The position numbers were made by a program, and so were the translations under genes. 64,000 bases of DNA from Sedimentisphaerales bacterium (GTDB lineage: Bacteria; Planctomycetota; Phycisphaerae; Sedimentisphaerales; Anaerobacaceae), in contig OY970194.1 of NCBI GenBank assembly GCA_963708075.1, positions 5,536,001 through 5,600,000 of the forward strand, written 5' to 3'. A model generated the notes under the pieces. It did no database searches, was not told where the DNA came from, and saw nothing but the letters and a program-made list of their open reading frames with translations. Shown here piece by piece: positions 57,130 through 64,000 of the stretch. Within the stretch, counting starts at the first letter, position 1. Every line of letters begins with the position of its first letter.

Positions 57130-59556
57130 CTATTCACACCTCAGCGCCACCATCGGATCGACTCTGGCTGCACGCCGGGCGGGGAGATAACACGCCACAA
57201 GGCCGATCAGACTGAGCAGCAGAGCTCCCGCCGCTAATGCAAGCGGATCCATTGGGCTGACGCCGTAAAGCATGCTGCGCAAGACTCGTGTCAAAGCGCA
57301 CGCGCCGCCCAAGCCCAACCCGATCCCAATCGCCACAAGTGTCATCCCCTGGCGCAGCACCAGCCGCACCACGCCAAGTCGTGCGACGCCGAGCGCCATG
57401 CGGATTCCAATCTCGCGTTGGCGCAAGGCAACGGAATAAGCCAGGATGGCGTAAACGCCCACGCCGGCCAGCAGCAATCCCACCGCTCCGAAGACGCCGA
57501 GGTAGCACATGTAGGTCCGATGCGCTCGCGTGCTGTCGTAAAGAGTATCCTCAACCACCGACACAGAGGGTTTGTGCAGTCCAGGTCCCGCGGTTTTCAC
57601 TTCTGCCAAGAGAGCTTTCACCAATCCTTCCGGTTCAGTACGCGTTCGTACAAAGAACTCGTAGTACCCAAAAATGAAGCCCACTCGCTGCGGCCGGTAG
57701 AACGTCGGGCTGATGGCGTCCCCCAAGCCCCAGGTCTGGAAATCGGCGACAACGCCCACGACCTCAAAGGTGCTGTGGTCGTTGGCGTCTGTCGGGCGGA
57801 TGGTCTTGCCGATCGCGTTCTCCCCCGGCCAGCAACGCCGGGCGAGGGTCTCGTTGACCACGACCGCCGTGGCGTTGGCACCCGCGTCCTGGTCGTCGAA
57901 ATACCGCCCGCGAAGCAGCGGCGTCCGCATGGCCTTGAAGGCATCAGCCGTCCCGATCCCAGAAGCGCCCGCACATAACTCCACTGACTCCTCTTGTCCG
58001 GTGATGGCATACTTTCGCAGTCCCGGGTAGCCGATGAAGATACCTACCGCCTCGACTCCGGGCACAGCGATGAGTCGCCGCTGAACCTCCGCCACCAGGA
58101 GGTTCTTCGCTTCAAGCTTCTGGTATTTCTTCACCAGGTCCGGCTCAATCACAACATTTACCAGGTTCCTCGGATCGAGGCCGGGGTCGCTCCGGAGCAG
58201 ATGAGCCACGCTTTGGATCATCAGACCGGCTCCCGCGAGCAACACCATCGCCAGAGAGACTTCAAGAACGACCAGCCCTCGGCGATACAAGTTTCTCAAG
58301 GTGCCTGGCGTCGCCTGCACGCCGGTTTGCTTGAGCGCGTTCGCCACGGGTCGGGTCGCCCCGTACCATGCAGGGAAGGTCCCGGAGATCAGACCTGAGG
58401 TGACCGCAACCAACACGGAGTAGCTCAGCACCTGCCAATCGAGTTCCATCGCTCGCAAACGTGATAGATAAAGCGGCACCAGCCGCTCCATGAGGCCGAA
58501 GCTCCAGTAGGTCAGGCCTATGCCTACCGCCGCGCCGGCCAGGGCCGGCAGCAAACTTTCCAGCAATAGTTGCCACAGCAGCCGCAACCGACTGGCCCCC
58601 AGCGCACCCCGGATGGCCAATTCATGCTGGCGTGCTTCGGCCCGGGCCAAGTTCAGATTCGCTACGTTCGCACAGGCGATCAGCAAGACAAAGATCATCG
58701 CCCCCACAAAACCAGGAATGGTCTTCTGCACGTCGGCGCCGGCGAATACCTCCCGTACGGGTCGCAAGGGAAGAGAAGCGTAGCCGTACCCAGATTTGCG
58801 GTGCTCATCCTCGTACCTCTGCGCGAGCACATCCAGCACTGCCTGCGCCTGCTTCATGGACACGCCGCCAGCAAGTCTCGCAATGATTTCGGAGTCGAAC
58901 GAGAATCGAGAGCCCTTCGGGTCTTTGTCCGCTGGCTTCACCTCCGGGTCACCCGCTGGAAGCCAAAAATCCGCATACTGGGGGTATCTGAAATTAGGCG
59001 GCATCACGCCGATGACCGTGTAATACTGATTCTGCACGCGGAGCGATTTCCCTATCCAACCACGGTCACCGCCCAATCGGTTCTTCCAGAACGTGTGACT
59101 GAGCACAATAACCGGAGGAGCGCCAGGCCGATCTTCATCTGGGGCGAACGGCCGCCCAAGCCAGGGCCTTTCGCTCCAAAACGAGAAGAAGTTCGGAGAG
59201 ACGCGGGCACCATTGATAGTCTCACTCCACTCGCCATTCTGCCAACGCAGGTCGACCCAGGGGTTAGTTCTGATTAGATCAGCGAAGCAGTCCCGGTGGG
59301 CGCGTAACTCCTGGACGATCATGGGGGTGACACCATACATGTAGTCGTTCTTCTCCCTGTTGAAGGCGCGAATCTGGACGAGCCGATCCTGCTTGGCCAC
59401 CGGCACGGGATTGAACCACAGCGCATTGACTCCACTGAAGATCGCCGTGCTTGCCCCGATGCCGAGTGCGAATGTAAGCACGGCCACGGCCGTGAAGCCC
59501 GGCGTATGGGCCAACATTCGAAGAGTATATTTGAGGTCTTGCCACAGTGTTCTCAT
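57130..59556 (-). CDS. ADOP/MacB-FtsX duplicated ABC permease (1st)
   Basis: MRTLWQDLKYTLR, LLIACANVAN, PARRAARVDPMVALRCE; TGATG overlap with the ATPase. Confidence 0.92.
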   Translation of the reverse strand: MRTLWQDLKYTLRMLAHTPGFTAVAVLTFALGIGASTAIFSGVNALWFNPVPVAKQDRLVQIRAFNREKNDYMYGVTPMIVQELRAHRDCFADLIRTNPWVDLRWQNGEWSETINGARVSPNFFSFWSERPWLGRPFAPDEDRPGAPPVIVLSHTFWKNRLGGDRGWIGKSLRVQNQYYTVIGVMPPNFRYPQYADFWLPAGDPEVKPADKDPKGSRFSFDSEIIARLAGGVSMKQAQAVLDVLAQRYEDEHRKSGYGYASLPLRPVREVFAGADVQKTIPGFVGAMIFVLLIACANVANLNLARAEARQHELAIRGALGASRLRLLWQLLLESLLPALAGAAVGIGLTYWSFGLMERLVPLYLSRLRAMELDWQVLSYSVLVAVTSGLISGTFPAWYGATRPVANALKQTGVQATPGTLRNLYRRGLVVLEVSLAMVLLAGAGLMIQSVAHLLRSDPGLDPRNLVNVVIEPDLVKKYQKLEAKNLLVAEVQRRLIAVPGVEAVGIFIGYPGLRKYAITGQEESVELCAGASGIGTADAFKAMRTPLLRGRYFDDQDAGANATAVVVNETLARRCWPGENAIGKTIRPTDANDHSTFEVVGVVADFQTWGLGDAISPTFYRPQRVGFIFGYYEFFVRTRTEPEGLVKALLAEVKTAGPGLHKPSVSVVEDTLYDSTRAHRTYMCYLGVFGAVGLLLAGVGVYAILAYSVALRQREIGIRMALGVARLGVVRLVLRQGMTLVAIGIGLGLGGACALTRVLRSMLYGVSPMDPLALAAGALLLSLIGLVACYLPARRAARVDPMVALRCE

Positions 59557-60305
59557 CAGGCTACCTCGAAGCCGTGCTGCTTGAGCTCTGTGGTTTCCTG
59601 TTGTTTACGCGAGGCCTCTTCCTCTTCCACGATCCGGCCGTCGAACAGATGGACGGTCCGCTGGGCGCTGCGAGCGTAGCGCGGGTCGTGCGTCACCATG
59701 CAGATCGTCGCGCCCTCCCGGTGCAACTCGCTGAGCAAGCCCATGACCGCCTCGCCATTGTTGGAGTCGAGGTTTCCCGTGGGCTCGTCGGCCAGCAGGA
59801 TGGACGGGCGCCCGACCACCGCACGGGCGACCGCCACCCTTTGCTGCTGACCCCCGGACAGTTGGGCCGGGTAATGTTTCATTCGGTGGGACATCCCCAC
59901 ACGTTCCAGCGCCTCCTGTGCCCGCTGTTTTCGCTCTGCCGAGGGCATGCCCCGGTACGTCAGGGGCAGCTCCACGTTCTCATAGACGGTCAGGTCGCCG
60001 ATCAGGTTGAAGCTCTGGAAGATGAAGCCGACCTGGCGGTTGCGGATGCGGGCCCGCTGCGAAGCGGACAGGCTCGCCACCGGCTCACCATTGAGCCAAT
60101 ATTCGCCCTCGGTCGGCGAATCCAGCAGGCCGAGGATGGCCATGAACGTCGATTTCCCGCAGCCGGAAGGCCCGGCGATGGAGACGTACTCGCCCTGGGC
60201 GATGCTCAGGTGAATCCCCGCCAGCGCGTGGGTCTCCACTTCTTCGGTGATAAAGACCTTGTGCAGGTTCTCGACGCGGATGAGGGAATCGTTGGATTGA
60301 GCCAT
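59556..60305 (-). CDS. ABC ATP-binding protein (MacB type)
   Basis: [33 protein letters not shown]. Confidence 0.95.
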   Translation of the reverse strand: MAQSNDSLIRVENLHKVFITEEVETHALAGIHLSIAQGEYVSIAGPSGCGKSTFMAILGLLDSPTEGEYWLNGEPVASLSASQRARIRNRQVGFIFQSFNLIGDLTVYENVELPLTYRGMPSAERKQRAQEALERVGMSHRMKHYPAQLSGGQQQRVAVARAVVGRPSILLADEPTGNLDSNNGEAVMGLLSELHREGATICMVTHDPRYARSAQRTVHLFDGRIVEEEEASRKQQETTELKQHGFEVA

Positions 60306-60326
60306 TTCTCAGCTCCCGGTTCTTCT

Positions 60327-60803
60327 TGGTTCTTAGTTGTCAGTTCACAGTTCTCAGTTCACAGTTGTCAGTCCGCAGACCTGCCTTTAGGCGGTCGGGG
60401 CTGGCGCAGCGATTTCCGCAGACCGTTGATCATTCTCCCGACCTCTTCCGTCTGGGCAAAGAAGCGATGGGCCACTTCCTCACCTATGTACCCGATTCGT
60501 TTTGCGATCTCTATATGAGTCTCCAATTCGGCCACGGAGCCATGAGCGATCGACAGGTGGTGGAGGAACTCTTTTCTGTGCTGGCGAGCCTGGCCTTCGG
60601 CAATATTGGCGGGGACCGACACGGCTGCCCTCTGGATCTGGCCCGTCAGACCATACTGCTCACTCGCTGGGAATCTCCGCGTAGTCTCGTAGCAGCGCAC
60701 CACGACATCCATGCTCTTCCTCCAAACCTCCAAATCCCTATAGCTGTTTCCTCTCACAGCTTTTCTCCTTCTTCTGCCAACTGTCAACTGTCCACTGCCA
60801 ACT
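60327..60803. repeat. Inverted heptamer-repeat arms flanking the four-helix-bundle gene
   Basis: CAGTTnn run at 60327-60372 and CTG(C/T)CAA run at 60774-60803, in opposite orientation. Confidence 0.85.
60368..60757 (-). CDS. Four helix bundle protein (23S rRNA-IVS/S23, Avd-related family)
   Basis: SYRDLEVW, FP.SEQYGLTGQIQRAAVSVPANIAEG, GS..ELETH; GTG start after AAGGAG. Confidence 0.92.
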   Translation of the reverse strand: MRGNSYRDLEVWRKSMDVVVRCYETTRRFPASEQYGLTGQIQRAAVSVPANIAEGQARQHRKEFLHHLSIAHGSVAELETHIEIAKRIGYIGEEVAHRFFAQTEEVGRMINGLRKSLRQPRPPKGRSAD

Positions 60804-62064
60804 ACTTCAATCTGATCCTGTCACAGCTATCCCATTGGGACATGTCGCTCAATATGATCTCGTCACCCACTTGCAGGCCGTCGAGGACCTCGATTGTACT
60901 GACGGAGCTGCGGCCGAACTGTGCCCGGGTCCGCACCGCGTGCTTGCCGCCCTCGATGACCTTGAACAGCTCCGTGATGCCCTCGGAGGAGGCATAGACC
61001 GGCCGGCCGACGTTGAGGACATCGTCCAGTCGCTCGATCTCGATCGTGCCGACGACCGACAGGTCCGGCCGGGCCCCTTCCGGCAGCGTGCCCTTCAGCG
61101 AGACATCCACCGTGACGTTCCCATCCATAACAGTCGGGTCGAGCCGGGAAACCTTTCCTGAAACCGTCCCATGATGCGTATCGACGACAGCCGCCAGGCC
61201 GATTCGCACGTCTCTGGCCTGGGCCTCGGGGATCTTCAGTTGTGCCTTGAGCTGCCGGGGATTGGTGATCTTGGCCAGGATCGTGCCGGGGGAGATGGCT
61301 TGACCGGGCTCGATCTTGTTCGCGACCTGGGCCAGCACGCCGTTGGTGCCCGCCTTCACTTTCAGGGAGTCCATCTCATTGCACTTGAGCCTGTAGCGCG
61401 ATTCCGCCTGCTCCACGGCCGCCTGGGCCTCGGCCAATTGCGCGGGCATCGTCTGCGTGCGGTACATGTCCAGACGCTTTTTCCTGATTTCAAGGAGCTG
61501 CGCCGATTGTGTGACGCGCGACTTCGAGAGCGTCAGTTGCAGGTCCGAGATCAGGTCGCTCTCGTACTGCTTCTGGTCCACTTCCGCCCGGAGCTTGTTC
61601 TCCTCATGATTGGCCTCCGTCAGGGCCAGGTCCGCCTGCATCCCCAGCAACTGATCGTCCAGTTGGGCCGTCTGCGAGATCAGTTTCGATTGCGCCGAGT
61701 TCCACTGGGATTTGGCGTCCAGCAGCTCCAGCTCCAGCTCGGGATTATTCAGCTCCAGGAGCAGGGTGTTGGGCTCAACGATGCTGCCCGGCTCGATGAG
61801 GATTCGTGTGACTCGCCCTTTGACCTCCGCGGGAATCCACAGAATGTCCTCCGAGACGAGGGTGCCGACGCCGCGAACCTCCCGAAGCATGGGCCCGCGT
61901 TTGACGGTGTCCAGCCACAGGGTCCGGCGGTCCACCCCCGGCGCCGCCGGCTCCAGACGGGACACGCCCACGGTGACAACAGCCACCACGATCAGGCCCG
62001 TCGTGCCGATCAGGCCCCGTCGAATCATCTTCATGCGTTTCGCTGATTTTCGTGGTATGTCCAT
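60802..62064 (-). CDS. Efflux periplasmic adaptor (HlyD/MacA family)
   Basis: N-terminal TM, lipoyl half-motifs, a long coiled coil, ARPDLSV and GLQVGDEIILSD. Confidence 0.92.
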   Translation of the reverse strand: MDIPRKSAKRMKMIRRGLIGTTGLIVVAVVTVGVSRLEPAAPGVDRRTLWLDTVKRGPMLREVRGVGTLVSEDILWIPAEVKGRVTRILIEPGSIVEPNTLLLELNNPELELELLDAKSQWNSAQSKLISQTAQLDDQLLGMQADLALTEANHEENKLRAEVDQKQYESDLISDLQLTLSKSRVTQSAQLLEIRKKRLDMYRTQTMPAQLAEAQAAVEQAESRYRLKCNEMDSLKVKAGTNGVLAQVANKIEPGQAISPGTILAKITNPRQLKAQLKIPEAQARDVRIGLAAVVDTHHGTVSGKVSRLDPTVMDGNVTVDVSLKGTLPEGARPDLSVVGTIEIERLDDVLNVGRPVYASSEGITELFKVIEGGKHAVRTRAQFGRSSVSTIEVLDGLQVGDEIILSDMSQWDSCDRIRLK

Positions 62065-62076
62065 GCTAAGCCACCG

Positions 62077-62257
62077 TGCAAACAGTATGCCAGACCGGAT
62101 TGCCCTCTGTCATTTACGATTTATGATTCACGAATTACGATTTGTGGACTGGGAGCGGGCTCCTCGCCGGCGCCGGACCGCAAATCATCAATCATCCATC
62201 ATAAATCGTAAATCAATCCGCTGTCCGATTCTGGCCCGGCGCGCCCGGATTCGGACA
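62077..62257 (-). promoter_or_regulatory. sigma54 promoter and enhancer of the export operon
   Basis: TGGCAT-ACTGT-TTGCA (minus, 62092-62077); the 36-bp element at 62222-62257 matches 41149-41184 at 29/36. Confidence 0.78.
62112..62215. repeat. Inverted heptamer-repeat hairpin of a second sequence type
   Basis: ATTTACG ATTTATG ATTCACG AATTACG ATTTGTG ... AAATCAT CAATCAT CCATCAT AAATCGT AAAT. Confidence 0.8.
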
Positions 62258-62284
62258 CTCGCTGACATGCCGGGGCGCCGCAGC

Positions 62285-63999
62285 TCACAGCGACAATAAG
62301 AACGCTGTCAGATCCTTCAGCTCCGCTGTGCTGAGGGTTGAGGTCTTGCCGTGGCGGTCGCCCGGATTGAATTTGGTGAGCACTTCTTCGAGCGTGCCCG
62401 CCCGGCCATCGTGGAGGTAGGGGCGCTGCGCCAGAGTTCAACCAGGCTTGGGGCATCGAATGCCTCACCGGCCTCCCGACCGGTCCCGGTGCCGACGTCG
62501 CAGGCCTTGAGAGACGTGTAAAGGGGTGGTGCGTGACACTCCATGCAGCCGGCCTTCTCGAAGACGCGCTTTCCTCTTTCAGCCGTCTGCTTGTCGGCTG
62601 CATACGGGCTCGGCAGCGGCTCAAGAGACTTCAAGTAGGCGTCAATGGCAGCGGCGTCGGCCTCCGGGCGCAACACGAACTGGATGTGGCGCAGGCCCGC
62701 ACGCACGGCGGTTTCCGCTGTCTCGCGGACGCCCAGGCTCATCACCGGCGGCGTGCGATGCGCCCACAACATGCTCCTGGTATTCTTGGGCGTGCCCAGG
62801 CCGTCGTTGAGCAGGTCCCAATTCAGGCCGTCCGCTCTCGCGTCGGGGTGACAACTGGCGCAGCTTTGCCATCGCTGGAAGCACAAGTCCGCATCATGGA
62901 AGAGCATTTCCCCGCGACGTACCTCGGTCGGCTCCGGCGTCCGTCCCAGTGAGACTGATCCGACCCTGTTCTTCTCTTCCGGCTTCAGTTGAACGGTGGC
63001 TACGGAATCAGAGAAGTACTCGGCGGCGTAGAGGATCTGCTCTGCGACCGCGATGCCCCGCGGTCCCTTGCCTTGCAGCCGAACGCGCCGGCGCAGATCA
63101 CCGAGAAACGTCAGATCGCTCGATACGTTCTGCGAGTTCGCGCCGAGCTTTCGATGCAGCCCCGGCCGGTCGATGATGCTGACCTCGTGTGTGCCCGCGT
63201 GGCTCACGCACAGCCATTGGCCGTTACCGGTGCAGGCTATGTCCCACGGATTGGCGGCCCCCTGGTCCACGTCGTCGAGCAAGACCGTGTTAAGCCATTT
63301 GAGGCCGGCCACGTCGATGATGCTCAGGGCGCTGGTGTTCATCCAGCCCCGATCCACCTGCGTGGTGGGAAGCTGATAATGGGCCAGCGTGTGGGCAACA
63401 TATGCATAGCGGCCGTCCGGCGACACACAGATTCCGCGGACGGAGGTGCTGCCGTTGGGCAGACCGATGCGGGCCGCGATTTTCAAGTCGGTGGTGCTGA
63501 CGGCAGTGACTTCAGCGGCGACAACCGGGCCGGTAGCAGGTCCGGCGGGCAGGAGGCTTGCGACCAGCACAAATTGTCCGTCCGGCGTGCGCGCTACTGC
63601 GACAGGTTCCCGACCGACAGGCAACTCGCCTTTGATCTTTTGTGTCGTCAGATCGATCGCCAGCAGGCGCGAGCGGTATCGGTCACACACGAAGAGCGTA
63701 GTCCCGTCCTTGCTGAGCACCGGCGCCGTCGGACTGTGCCCGGCGGCAATCCGCGCACGTACGACGCCGGTCTGAGGATCGATGACCAGCACAACTCCCT
63801 GCGGCAGACCCCCCGTGACATAGAGACTCTTGCCGTCCGGGGAGATCGCAATACCCGACGGCGCTTCCGGCAGGGGGATTCTCCGAGATACGACGGAGAT
63901 CGCCCGATCGATGACGAGTACTTGGCGTCCTGTGGCCGCGACGACGTAGAATTCGGTTCCCTCGTTGTTCGCTGCCAGCGCTGATGGTGAGAGGAAGGC
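62285..63999 (-). CDS. YVTN-type beta-propeller protein with a C-terminal di-heme cytochrome c (peroxidase-like) domain; 5'-truncated, frameshift near 62420
   Basis: Propeller repeats (VGREPVAVARTPDG), CASCH and CMECH heme motifs. Adding one base in the G4 run at 62420-62423 restores SAPYLHDG...LLSL*. Confidence 0.85.
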
Positions 64000-64000
64000 A

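Noticed and set aside
38569..59556. Integron cassette array
   Set aside because: No tyrosine integrase and no attC-like R/L box structure; the spacers are periodic heptamer hairpins or direct stop/RBS junctions.
60368..60757. Diversity-generating retroelement (the four-helix bundle resembles Avd)
   Set aside because: No reverse transcriptase and no TR/VR pair with adenine-specific mismatches seen in the window.
46170..62215. CRISPR array
   Set aside because: Repeats are 7-8 nt, degenerate and inverted, with no unique spacers and no cas genes.

Overview
A high-GC bacterial chromosome segment. Gene content (LamG/F5-8 secreted giants, CotH-lamin-tail proteins, a prepilin-type H-X9-DG protein) suggests a Planctomycetota, probably Phycisphaerae/Sedimentisphaerales; this is inference only. 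It looks like a long-read assembly with about 10 single-base indels. Layout: (1) a metX-metW fusion and tRNA-Val(CAC); (2) an accessory islet with DUF1345, MarC, a GH13 amylase, a convergent Kpn2I-like restriction endonuclease / amino-methyltransferase pair led by a small ribbon-helix-helix gene, and a RAYT remnant; (3) about 28 kb of secreted LamG/discoidin and CotH proteins, an intact ISAs1, MOSC, a MarR-esterase operon and an AraC gene with a recognisable three-promoter regulon; (4) a 25 kb minus-strand export locus with an adaptor, a four-helix-bundle gene, 3 MacB-type ATPases, 7 divergent ADOP/FtsX permeases, a catalytically degenerate beta-lactamase-fold protein and TolC, driven by two sigma54 promoters with matching enhancers; (5) a beta-propeller di-heme cytochrome at the right edge. 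Most notable: the permease array looks like a cassette array (conserved termini, an orphan permease tail, one foreign low-GC member). It is punctuated by heptamer-repeat hairpins, one of which encloses the four-helix-bundle gene. Six frameshifts fall on the same GAGACC->GAGAACC change, probably a methylation footprint. REP palindromes are translated in frame inside a CotH protein. No database searches were run; family calls come from motif recognition.
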